Origin: an uncultured archaeon | Lineage (GTDB): Archaea > Asgardarchaeota > Lokiarchaeia > Sigyniarchaeales > SOKP01 | Assembly (NCBI GenBank): GCA_964525635.1 | Contig: CAZGJX010000006.1 | Span: forward strand, 1 to 64,000 | Length of the DNA stretch: 64,000 nt | Direction of reading: 5' to 3' | Shown here: positions 19,711-29,531 of the stretch, one piece after another | Layout of the letters: every line of letters begins with the position of its first letter | How positions within the stretch are numbered: the stretch's first letter is position 1 | The notes under the pieces: generated by a model | Seen by the model: the letters and a program-made list of their open reading frames with translations, nothing else | Told to the model about the DNA's origin: nothing | The model's database searches: none | Made by a program: the position numbers and the translations under genes

Positions 19711-22629
19711 CTACATATGGTTTATTTTTTCTTTTAATTCTATCAATTGTTTCATAGCTTCTACGGGTGTTATATCATTAATATCAATCTCATGGATTAA
19801 TTTTAAAAACTTTTCAAGATCTTCATTGGGTAGACTCTCTTTTTTCACAATGGGTTTAAAAAAAGTAGTTTGGACCAGTTTCTTTTTTGTTCCTTTTTTA
19901 TCAGATGGATTAACATTATTTATATGAATCTTATTATTTAATTCTTCAATTTTAGATTCAATAACTTGTAATTCCTTATGTTTGAGAACTAATTCTTCTT
20001 TGCAAATTTGTAATTCTTCATTTTTGGAGGATAATTCACTATTTAAAACTTCAAGTTTTTTATTTTTGGTTGTTATCAATTTATCATGGTATTTTCCCGT
20101 TTCTTTGATATGATTGTTATTATTATGATAATTATTTTGAATTGTTGCTTTCAGAGGGTCTTCTTTTTCTATTTGTTCTAATATTTTAAATGCTTCTATT
20201 ATCACATCATCTGGAATACCTGCTAATCTTGCAACGTGGATTCCATAAGATTTGTCTGTACTTCCTTCTTTAAGTTTTCGAATAAAATTAATTGATCCAT
20301 CTTCGTTTTCAATAATATCAAGGTGATAATTCTTTACTCGTGGCAAGTTTATATCAGTTAATTGATGATAATGTGTACTAAATAGAGTCTTAACTTTTAT
20401 TTCATGAAGTTTTTCTAAAGTAGCTATTGCAATACTTTGACCATCACTGGTGCTTGTTCCTCTACCCAGTTCATCAATTATAACTAAACTTTTTTCTGTA
20501 GCATAATTCAGAATTTTAGCTGTTTCCGTCATTTCGATCATAAAAGTGGATAATTTTCTCGCTAGATCATCTGAGGCACCGATTCTTGTAAAGATTTGAT
20601 CAAGAATTCCTATTTTTGCTAACTTAGCAGGAACAAAACAACCCATTTGAGCAATTAGACATACTAATGCAACTTGCCGTAAATAAGTTGATTTTCCTGA
20701 CATATTTGGACCTGTTATAATAAGAATTTGTTCTTTTTCTGTATCAATGTAGCAATCATTTGGAATGAAATTTTCAGTAATATTCATTTGTTCAATTACA
20801 GGATGTCTACAGTCCTTAATTATTATTTTATTTTCCCTAATAATTGTTGGCTTAGAATAATTGAATTTCTCTGAAATTTCAGCAAAACAAGCATAGACAT
20901 CAATATAAGCTATATTTTTTGCTGTTTCTATTATATTCAATGTTTCTTTTACAACTTTTTCACGAATCTCACAAAAAATATTATATTCTAAATCATTGAT
21001 TTCTTCTTGAGCAGAAAAAATTTTTTCTTCAAGTTCTTTTAGTTTTTCTGTTGTAAATCGTTTTGCATTTTTGAGAGTTTGTCGTTCAACATATTCTTCT
21101 GGAATATCTTTAATATATTCTAATGTTCTTTTAGTAATTTGTATATAATACCCAAGAATATTATTATGCCCTATTTTCAATCCTGAAGTCAAATTAAATC
21201 TTTTTTTTTCTACCTCTTCATATTCTAGAACATATTTCTTTCCATTTCGTAAAATATCTCTCAATTCATCTATTTTAGGATTATAGTTATCTTTTATAAT
21301 GTTACCTTCTTTAATCGTGATTGGAGCATCCTCTTTTATTGATTTTTGGATTATATCCCTAATTGTCTCAAAATCATTAATTTTACTTAGATACTTAGCT
21401 ATTTCTAATATTTTTGATTTTTCTAATAATTTCTTTAATTTTGGTATTTTATCAAGAGAATTTTTAATATTAACTAGATCTCTAGCATTAGATCGATTAA
21501 TATAGGTTAGTCGATTGATATATCTTTCTAAATCTCCCACAACGCTTAGATTATCTCTTAAATCTGACCTTAAAAAGATATCATTTTTGAATTTTTGAAC
21601 TATATTCAATCTATGATTTATCTCTTTAATATCTGTTAATGGCTGTAAAATTACTTTTTTCAATAATCGAGCGCCCATAGGTGTAAGGGTATGGTCAAGC
21701 ACGGAATACAATGAAGTTTCTCTACCTTTTTCCCAAAGAGATTTAATTAATTCAAGATTTCGCTGTGTCGTATAATCCAAATGTAATATTCCCTTCTCTT
21801 TTAATAAGGTAATCTTAAAAATGTTTGGTAATAAATCGCGCTGTGTTTCTTTTAAAAAAGCTAATAATCCTCCAGTTGCTTGAATTGCTATTCTCTTTTC
21901 TTCTAAATCAAATCCTTTCAAATTAGAGATATTGAAATGTTTTATTATAAAATTATATGCTTCATCAAATTCGAAATAATAGTCTTCATAAGTTTTAATA
22001 ACAGACTCAGTTATGTCTATAAGAAATATAAATAGTTTTTCATCCTTCTTTAATTCTGAAGGAACTATCAATTCTGCTGGATTAAATCGAGCAAAAATAC
22101 TTAATAATTTTTCTACGGGATCACCATTTCCTAGTAGATATTCTGCAACAACAAATTCTCCCGTAGATATATCCGTAAAGGCACAACCATATCCACTTTT
22201 TTGCTTAATTAATGATGCAATATAATTATTCTCATTCGATTTTAACATATAATCCTCTATTATAGTACCTGGAGATAGTATTTGCGTAACTCCTCTCTTA
22301 ACAATTCGTCCCTTTACAGTAGAAGGATCTTCCAATTGTTCTACAATTACAACAGTCTCTTTTTTCTTAATCAAATTATTAAAATAATTTCTACTAGCAT
22401 GATGAGGTATTCCAGCTAAAGGATATTTGTCATTACCAATTTTACGATTAGTTAATGTAATTCCTAATAGTTTTGAAACTCTTACCGCATCATCATAAAA
22501 AAATTCATAAAAATCTCCCATTCTATAAGCAATGAGATGTTCTGTGTATTTTTTTTTTATGGAGAACCAATGACGCATCATTGGTGTTAAATCATTTTCT
22601 CTTATTTGTCCTAAAGGTATTATGGACAT
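19711..22629 (-). CDS. mutS: DNA mismatch repair protein MutS (MutS1)
   Basis: TPMM, GDFYEFF, TGPNMSGKST, STFMIEM, DELGRGTS, STHYH, SYGIHVARLAG. Confidence 0.97.
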   Translation of the reverse strand: MSIIPLGQIRENDLTPMMRHWFSIKKKYTEHLIAYRMGDFYEFFYDDAVRVSKLLGITLTNRKIGNDKYPLAGIPHHASRNYFNNLIKKKETVVIVEQLEDPSTVKGRIVKRGVTQILSPGTIIEDYMLKSNENNYIASLIKQKSGYGCAFTDISTGEFVVAEYLLGNGDPVEKLLSIFARFNPAELIVPSELKKDEKLFIFLIDITESVIKTYEDYYFEFDEAYNFIIKHFNISNLKGFDLEEKRIAIQATGGLLAFLKETQRDLLPNIFKITLLKEKGILHLDYTTQRNLELIKSLWEKGRETSLYSVLDHTLTPMGARLLKKVILQPLTDIKEINHRLNIVQKFKNDIFLRSDLRDNLSVVGDLERYINRLTYINRSNARDLVNIKNSLDKIPKLKKLLEKSKILEIAKYLSKINDFETIRDIIQKSIKEDAPITIKEGNIIKDNYNPKIDELRDILRNGKKYVLEYEEVEKKRFNLTSGLKIGHNNILGYYIQITKRTLEYIKDIPEEYVERQTLKNAKRFTTEKLKELEEKIFSAQEEINDLEYNIFCEIREKVVKETLNIIETAKNIAYIDVYACFAEISEKFNYSKPTIIRENKIIIKDCRHPVIEQMNITENFIPNDCYIDTEKEQILIITGPNMSGKSTYLRQVALVCLIAQMGCFVPAKLAKIGILDQIFTRIGASDDLARKLSTFMIEMTETAKILNYATEKSLVIIDELGRGTSTSDGQSIAIATLEKLHEIKVKTLFSTHYHQLTDINLPRVKNYHLDIIENEDGSINFIRKLKEGSTDKSYGIHVARLAGIPDDVIIEAFKILEQIEKEDPLKATIQNNYHNNNNHIKETGKYHDKLITTKNKKLEVLNSELSSKNEELQICKEELVLKHKELQVIESKIEELNNKIHINNVNPSDKKGTKKKLVQTTFFKPIVKKESLPNEDLEKFLKLIHEIDINDITPVEAMKQLIELKEKINHM
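19940..20067 (-). repeat. Three degenerate 14-aa (42-nt) coiled-coil repeats in the MutS C-terminal linker
   Basis: KNKKLEVLNSELSS / KNEELQICKEELVL / KHKELQVIESKIEE. Confidence 0.55.
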
Positions 22630-22875
22630 GGTTTATATGTTCTTCTTCTTAATTTACTATATTATTAACTTATATATTAGTTTTCAATTCAAATTAATTC
22701 TAATTATTATTTCATAAATAACTCTTGAAATTATTTAAATGAAAAAAATATATATTCTTGTAGACTGAGGTAAATAATTAAATTTCAAATAAAATCCATA
22801 ATAATCTTATTTTAAAATAAAGTATATTTAACTAATTAAAAAGTGAGGAAAAATTATTACTGAGAATTATGTTCT

Positions 22876-23703
22876 TCATAAATGTTTTCCAAGCCATATA
22901 AACATATCTCTATATACTTCAGCTCTTCCCTTATCATGCCATAGTTCATGAACAAAATCCTCATACTCTTTATAAGTTTTATCACTACTTCTTATGTTTT
23001 TAAAAAATTTTTTCGTCTTACTAATATCAGCAAATTTATCTTCCATACCTTGATTAATCAGGACAGGGCATATAAGTCTCGAAGCACTTTTTAAAGCCCA
23101 TTTCATTGAATCTTCAATTTCAGAGTAAGTTTTCACTGTGATTTGTTTTAGTTTATTCTTATCGCCAATATGTTCTCTCAATAATTTTACATCACTTGTC
23201 ATTTTATTTTGCTCAATTACAAGTTCAATGGTCTTCATTTGTCCAGAAACTATTTTCTCAACCTTTTTAGCACCCGAAATATTCATCTTTAATCCCAATA
23301 AAGGTGATGATGCAATAACACCTGCTATTCCTGGATGATTAATAGCATAAATTAAAGCAATTAATCCTCCAAATGATTGTCCAATTACAAAAATCTTTGA
23401 ATCTTTACTCTTTTCTTTTACGAGGTCCATAAATAATACAATATCTTTCTGAATGGTCTCCATTGAATCAATATGTCCTGAAATGTCAATTATATTCCTC
23501 CAATGCCCCCTTAGATCAAATGAATATATGCCATAACCTTTCTCTGCAAAATATTCTGCTGGAATTTTTAATCTATCTGAATGGGTACCTAGACCATGAA
23601 ATGCAATAATAGACCCTTTAACTTTACCTGAATCTGGAGCCCAATATTGATAAAAAAGCTTTTGTGTTCCTCTTCCTTCAAAATGATTAGTGATATTTTT
23701 CAA
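22876..23703 (-). CDS. Alpha/beta hydrolase (lysophospholipase/monoacylglycerol lipase family)
   Basis: HGLG, DLRGH, GQSFGG, DKF and HEL catalytic motifs. Confidence 0.9.
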   Translation of the reverse strand: MKNITNHFEGRGTQKLFYQYWAPDSGKVKGSIIAFHGLGTHSDRLKIPAEYFAEKGYGIYSFDLRGHWRNIIDISGHIDSMETIQKDIVLFMDLVKEKSKDSKIFVIGQSFGGLIALIYAINHPGIAGVIASSPLLGLKMNISGAKKVEKIVSGQMKTIELVIEQNKMTSDVKLLREHIGDKNKLKQITVKTYSEIEDSMKWALKSASRLICPVLINQGMEDKFADISKTKKFFKNIRSSDKTYKEYEDFVHELWHDKGRAEVYRDMFIWLGKHL

Positions 23704-24032
23704 TGTTTTCTCTCAACTAAATGATTAATTAATTTAATAAAAATATAGAATAATAAATAATATCTTCTATTTCGGAAAAAAATCTATTTTCTTGAGTATT
23801 ATTAAATTATTTATAATATATATATAGAATATTAAAAATAGTATTTTATCAATAATTAAGAAAGTAATGTTCAATATTTTTCCATACACATTTTTAAGTA
23901 GAAATTGATTTTTTTATGTTAAACGTATTTCTATAAAAAAAATCAAAATAAACATCTTTTTTTAAAACAAGATTTTTCTATTCATAATATAATAAAGCAA
24001 TTTAAAATTAAAAAGAAATAGATTTTGAAAAA

Positions 24033-24563
24033 ATGGGTAAATTAGGAAGTTCTATAGCTATGATTGGATCAATTATAATACTTATCGTTGGATTTACGAT
24101 TGTACCTATAGGAATTAATATCCTTGAAGAAGTTGCTAAGCATGAAGGAACTACATTGTCCGCTTTAAATCCTGATCTAGATACTTTATATTCGAGTGCT
24201 TTTCTCACAATTTTAATTACATTAATCAGTCTTATTGGAGGTATTATTGCATTATATAGGGATATCGATATAGGTTATATTATGGTCACAATCATGTGTA
24301 TTTTTGCATTTATTGGGGCATTTATAGATTTAAGAGCAATAGATATCTCTACCACAGATTTTCGTCATTATTTAAAATATCCTACAATGTGTGCTCATTT
24401 TTATTTTATTCCAAATTCAATAATGTTATTTGGTGGAATTACAGGATTTCCATTAGAAAAAATAAGAGATAGGTTTATGAATATTATGAAGTTTGATGAA
24501 AAAGAATTACATCTAAAAAAAATTAAAGAATTTGATGAATTTTTAGGACAAAAGATAAACTAA
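24033..24563 (+). CDS. Hypothetical membrane protein
   Basis: About 4 hydrophobic segments. Confidence 0.7.
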   Translation: MGKLGSSIAMIGSIIILIVGFTIVPIGINILEEVAKHEGTTLSALNPDLDTLYSSAFLTILITLISLIGGIIALYRDIDIGYIMVTIMCIFAFIGAFIDLRAIDISTTDFRHYLKYPTMCAHFYFIPNSIMLFGGITGFPLEKIRDRFMNIMKFDEKELHLKKIKEFDEFLGQKIN

Positions 24564-24699
24564 TATTTAAATTGTTTCATTTTTTTTTTAATTTCAATCT
24601 TTAAAGAATTTATAAAAATTCGCAATTTTGAACTTAAATTTTTAAATTATAATTCTTGAACTATTTTTAAAAAGAAAATATTATAATCATTTATTTTAT

Positions 24700-25584
24700 A
24701 TGAGTAGAGCTGGTAATCTTCTAAGAACTCTTGAAAAAGAAGATATAAGAATTTTAATGGCAATTGAACTTGGAATGAAAAAGTCTGAATATGTTACCAT
24801 TAAAAATATTAGATTTTATTCAAGGTATCCCATTGAAGAGACATTATTTCGTCTTAAGAAAGTTCATAAATATAATTTGACAATAAGAAATTCATCAGAA
24901 AGGGAAATTGCTTATCAATTAAACTCAATTGGATATGATATTTTAGCTCTTCATACTCTTGTCGAGAGGAACATAATTAGTCAGCTTGGGCCTTTAATTG
25001 GTAAGGGAAAAGAATCAGACGTCTATAGTTGTATGGATGATCATGAAAATATATATGCTCTTAAGATATATCGAATGGGACGTAGAAGTTTTAAAAATGT
25101 AAAAAAATTTAGGAATATCATAGGAGATAGAGGTCATTTATCTTGGTTATATGTTAATCGTCTTGCTGCTAAAAAAGAGTTTAATTCATTAATTAAAATA
25201 TATAAACTTAACTTAAAAACTCCAAAACCTATTGGATATAATAGACATATAATTGTTATGGAATATCTAAGAGGTAAGGAACTGGTTTATTATAAAGATA
25301 TAGAAAATCCATTATTCCTATTTAATGAAATTATAAATCAAATGAGAGAGATATATAAAAGAGCTAATTTAATCCATGGAGATTTGGGTGAATTTAATAT
25401 TATATCAGATGAACAAGGTAATATATTGATTATTGATTGGTTACAATCAATATCGAGTAGCCATCCAAATGCTTCACAAATATTAAAAAGAGATATTGAA
25501 AATGTTTGTATCTATTTCCGGAAAAAATATCGAATAAATTCAGATTCTAACGAAATAATAGAATCCATTATTGAAAATAAATAA
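24700..25584 (+). CDS. rio2: RIO2-type Ser/Thr kinase
   Basis: N-terminal wHTH with GYDILAL; GKGKESDVY, IHGDLGEFNI, IIDW. Confidence 0.92.
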   Translation: MSRAGNLLRTLEKEDIRILMAIELGMKKSEYVTIKNIRFYSRYPIEETLFRLKKVHKYNLTIRNSSEREIAYQLNSIGYDILALHTLVERNIISQLGPLIGKGKESDVYSCMDDHENIYALKIYRMGRRSFKNVKKFRNIIGDRGHLSWLYVNRLAAKKEFNSLIKIYKLNLKTPKPIGYNRHIIVMEYLRGKELVYYKDIENPLFLFNEIINQMREIYKRANLIHGDLGEFNIISDEQGNILIIDWLQSISSSHPNASQILKRDIENVCIYFRKKYRINSDSNEIIESIIENK

Positions 25585-25589
25585 ATATA

Positions 25590-26207
25590 TTATTTATTTA
25601 TACGACCTTCAATAATAATATCTTCAATATCTCTATTATCAACAATTTTATTAACTATAATTTTGTTTTTTAATGAGGAAATAATACTATTTATATTTTT
25701 TTTTTTCTTAAGAATAGATATTCTTATTTCAGCCTTATTTTTTAAAATTCTCATCGATTCTTTAAATCCTTTTTTCATATTTGGCAAATTTTGATATGAT
25801 GTAAGTGAAAATAAGATATCAAATTTGTTGTTTCTAAATGGTATGTTTTCAAGATCAGCTAAAACTAGATTAATTCTTTTACTTAAAATAGGATTTACGT
25901 CTTCAAATTTTAAAGAAAATTTGTCTAACATTTTCTGGGAAATATCAATCCCAACATATAAGAAACCATTATTTTTTTCTTTAAAATCCATTTTATCTAA
26001 TAAATATATGAGAAAAAGACCTGTTCCACACCCAGCATCTAAAATATGTTTATGATTTAGATTGATTTGTTCAGTGATATATGAATATTTCAACTCTTGT
26101 ATTTCTTTATATCTATTATCATAAAAATGAGAAGTTGAGTTATATTTTTCTATTATTTCTTTTTTCTTTGTTTTATTGAATCTCCTATTTTTCAATCTTA
26201 AGACCAA
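25590..26207 (-). CDS. Class I SAM-dependent methyltransferase
   Basis: ILDAGCGTG, GIDIS, ADLENIPF. Confidence 0.9.
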   Translation of the reverse strand: MVLRLKNRRFNKTKKKEIIEKYNSTSHFYDNRYKEIQELKYSYITEQINLNHKHILDAGCGTGLFLIYLLDKMDFKEKNNGFLYVGIDISQKMLDKFSLKFEDVNPILSKRINLVLADLENIPFRNNKFDILFSLTSYQNLPNMKKGFKESMRILKNKAEIRISILKKKKNINSIISSLKNKIIVNKIVDNRDIEDIIIEGRINK

Positions 26208-26319
26208 TAAGTTTTAATTTAACCAAATTTTAACTATGATTAAATTAAAATTGCTCTTTAAATTATCTTATCTAAAGTAGTATTAAAAATTAATTTGTTT
26301 TTTCGAAGGTAAAAATACA

Positions 26320-26574
26320 ATGTCAAATGATCAAAAAAGATTAAAAAATCCTTTACATATTCTTCAAGAAGCTCAGGAATCTGAGATTTTACTAAGATTA
26401 AAAGATGGTACCGAATATAAAGGCACTTTAAAAGAGATTGATGCCTATATGAATATGATTCTTTCAGATTGCACAGAAATTCTAGATGGAAGTCCTGTGG
26501 CAAAGTATAGCGAAATTTTTATAAGAGGAAATAATCTTCTTTTCATAAAGCCGGATGCTTCAGAACTATTCTAA
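26320..26574 (+). CDS. Sm/Lsm (SmAP) RNA-binding protein
   Basis: Sm1 motif GTLKEIDAYMNMIL and Sm2 motif FIRGNN. Confidence 0.93.
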   Translation: MSNDQKRLKNPLHILQEAQESEILLRLKDGTEYKGTLKEIDAYMNMILSDCTEILDGSPVAKYSEIFIRGNNLLFIKPDASELF

Positions 26575-26649
26575 ACAAAAATATATATTATTCTTATCTA
26601 ATACTTAATGTATTAGAAATAGAATTTAATTATTGTTAGAGTAGATTCT

Positions 26650-27075
26650 ATGGTAAATCTATATTCTGTTGTAGCTTATGGCACATTTATAACGAAAGGA
26701 TACTGGAAAGATAAAAAAAATGTAGAAATTTGTAAAGTATCTGGTTTTAAAAGAATTCTTCCAGAAGGAAATTGGTTTCCTTATGTTATTCCTAATAAAA
26801 ACTCCTTTTTTTGGGCTCTGAAATTTGATGTTACAAACGAAGAATTACAAACATTAGATTTTTATGAAGGAACTTCTATGGGTCTTTATAAAAGAACTCA
26901 AATAGAGGTTATTTTGAAAGATGGAGTGAAAAAAAAAGCTTTTATATATATCCCAACAGAAAAAACTATAAAAAAGAAAAATCTAACATTAAAAATCGAT
27001 ATAATGGATAATTGGAAAAAGGAAATTAGAAAAAATCCAGAAATAGTAGAGAAATTTCCTGAATTGGTTGAATAA
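26650..27075 (+). CDS. Gamma-glutamylcyclotransferase (AIG2-like) family protein
   Basis: AYGT, LDFYEG, LYKR, AFIY. Confidence 0.85.
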   Translation: MVNLYSVVAYGTFITKGYWKDKKNVEICKVSGFKRILPEGNWFPYVIPNKNSFFWALKFDVTNEELQTLDFYEGTSMGLYKRTQIEVILKDGVKKKAFIYIPTEKTIKKKNLTLKIDIMDNWKKEIRKNPEIVEKFPELVE

Positions 27076-27318
27076 TTCAAAAAAATATTTTTATTCAATC
27101 TTGTTTAAGGATTTTATCATAAATTTTGTTTTTTTTAATTAAAGCAAAAGATACGGGATAAGGAAATTGTTCTCCTCTATTATTAATTAATTCATTAGTC
27201 TATTATTTCAATTTTTCTAATTTTAAAGAGTCAAAAACTAAGGTTTTAGATATTTTTAATAATAAGAAAAATAATAACATATGTAAATATTGAAAAATGC
27301 AATATATTTTAAAAAGGG

Positions 27319-29394
27319 ATAATAATTTACAGCAATTACAATCATTCTCTAAATAATTTAAATTCATTAGAGTCTTTTATTGAAGAATTTGAACAAAACA
27401 GATATAAAGACAATAATAAAATTCAAAAACAAGGGATTGTATATACCCCTTTTGATATTATTTCTCTTATGGTAGAAAATACAATAAATTTATATCTTGA
27501 AGATTTAATAAGAGAAAGAAAACTTAAAATTAAGAAAATTAATGTATATACCATTAAATCAATATTAAAGAATGATCCAAACCTAAAATCCTTTATCGTA
27601 AAAAAGTTAAAAAACATAAAGATTTTAGACTCATCCTGTGGTTCTGGAAGATTTCCTTTAATTTTAGCTAAATTTCTGTTTAATATATTGAAATCAATTA
27701 CTCCATCTTACAATATTTTTAAATTAAAAAAATCGATAATTGAAAATAATATATTTGGAATAGATATTGAGAAAGAATCATGTATTATTTCAAAATTGAG
27801 ACTCTATAAATGGTTATTTTTAGAAGAAAGAAATCATAATAACAGTATAAGAAAAATTTCAAATATGGATGAAATATGTGAATTATTATCATTTGAAAAT
27901 AGCAATATCCGATTCAATATTGAACATGTTGAATTCCTTTTAAAATATCAAACAAATATAAAATTTGATATCATTATAGGCAATCCACCTTATATTGAAA
28001 ATAAAAAAATTAAAGATATTAATTATAAAAAGAAACTCTATAAATCATTTAAAACAGCTTATAAACTTTTTGACCTCTCCATCCTTTTTATTGAAAAATC
28101 CTTGAGAATTTTGAAAGATAATTCTGGACTTATTTCTTTTATAATAACTAATAAATTTTTATCTTCTGATTATGGTATCAAATTGAGAGAAATATTGATA
28201 AAAAATACAGAAATAAAAAATATCAGTAATATATCTTCTCTACCAATTTTTTCAAATAAATCTACTTATCCAATAATTATATATATTAAAAATAAAATAC
28301 CAACAGAAGACCATGAAATTTTGTTACAAAAATATGAGAGTATTGAAAGTTTCATAAATAGAGATCAAAAAGATATAGATAAATTTAATCAAAAAAAACT
28401 ATATTCTCTTCCGGGAAAAGTTATATCATTAAAAGGGGATATTAATTTTTTATATGATGTGTTTTCACATTACAAATCTATGGAAGATAAGTATAAAGAT
28501 TTAAAAATTATCTATCGCCCTTATGGATTTACTAATTATGCAAAATACTATCAAAATGTAAATAAAAAAACACACACAGATAAAGACTTACTATTAATTG
28601 GTACTGGAAACGTTGGTAAATATCATATAAAATTTAACAAAAAGATTACTATTGCGAAAAACAATTTAAATGTATCTTATTTTAATTTAAAAGATAAAAA
28701 TCCAACCCTAATTGATCAAATTGGCACACATAAAATTATATTTAGAGAAATTGCTAAGGAATTAACATGTGTATACGATCCGGGGGTATTTACTAATATA
28801 ACAGGCCTTTACTTTATCAAAATCCCTTCCCTTCAATTATATGATTTGTTTGCGATATTGAGTATTTTAAATTCTAAATTCATGGATAATATCTTCAAAG
28901 TATTATTTGGAACATTACACATGTCTGGAGGATATTTACGATTTAATGGGAGTTTTATAAAAAGATTACCAATGCCTGATTATCTACCATTGTCTTTAGC
29001 TAAATTAGGGAAAATAATGTTGTTCCTTTGTCAATTGTATTATGACTATACGGATAATACAAATTTTAATAGTATAATTAAAGATATTGAAATTAAGAAT
29101 TATATTCAATATTTTAATTCTCTTTCTGAATCTCTAACTAAATTATTATATCTATCTGGATTAAATAATAACTTTAAAACATCTTTTCAAGAATTAAATC
29201 AACTATTATATCAAAATCATGCAATTCCTGATATAGAATTTAAATATACTTATCCTTATTTTAATTTATCTAAGTTTGAAATAACTTCAAAACAAGAAAA
29301 TTCTTTAAATATATCCAAGATAAATAAATGTTTTAAGAATATCAACAGTAATAAAAATTTAACAACAGAAATAAAAAAAATAACTTCAAAATGA
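27319..29394 (+). CDS. N6-adenine DNA methyltransferase (Eco57I/TaqI-like, gamma class); probable start upstream of the listed ATG
   Basis: GIVYTP (motif X) lies upstream of ATG 27469; ILDSSCGSG; IGNPPY; TaqI_C-like C-terminal region. Confidence 0.85.
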   Translation: MIIYSNYNHSLNNLNSLESFIEEFEQNRYKDNNKIQKQGIVYTPFDIISLMVENTINLYLEDLIRERKLKIKKINVYTIKSILKNDPNLKSFIVKKLKNIKILDSSCGSGRFPLILAKFLFNILKSITPSYNIFKLKKSIIENNIFGIDIEKESCIISKLRLYKWLFLEERNHNNSIRKISNMDEICELLSFENSNIRFNIEHVEFLLKYQTNIKFDIIIGNPPYIENKKIKDINYKKKLYKSFKTAYKLFDLSILFIEKSLRILKDNSGLISFIITNKFLSSDYGIKLREILIKNTEIKNISNISSLPIFSNKSTYPIIIYIKNKIPTEDHEILLQKYESIESFINRDQKDIDKFNQKKLYSLPGKVISLKGDINFLYDVFSHYKSMEDKYKDLKIIYRPYGFTNYAKYYQNVNKKTHTDKDLLLIGTGNVGKYHIKFNKKITIAKNNLNVSYFNLKDKNPTLIDQIGTHKIIFREIAKELTCVYDPGVFTNITGLYFIKIPSLQLYDLFAILSILNSKFMDNIFKVLFGTLHMSGGYLRFNGSFIKRLPMPDYLPLSLAKLGKIMLFLCQLYYDYTDNTNFNSIIKDIEIKNYIQYFNSLSESLTKLLYLSGLNNNFKTSFQELNQLLYQNHAIPDIEFKYTYPYFNLSKFEITSKQENSLNISKINKCFKNINSNKNLTTEIKKITSK

Positions 29395-29462
29395 AGAAAA
29401 TTTGGTTGATTTTTTTTTTTAATATAAGTCTTAAAACAATAAATTATATTAGTATTAACAAT

Positions 29463-29497
29463 TATAACTTAATATGGAAGTTATATATTATATAACT
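29463..29497. promoter_or_regulatory. Overlapping palindromes (three TATAAC half-sites) upstream of the AbrB/PhoU regulator
   Basis: TATAACTT-N7-AAGTTATA (29463-85) and AGTTATATA-T-TATATAACT (29479-97). Confidence 0.45.
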
Positions 29498-29531
29498 CAA
29501 TATAAATTTTATACTAATTTCAAGTATTATT

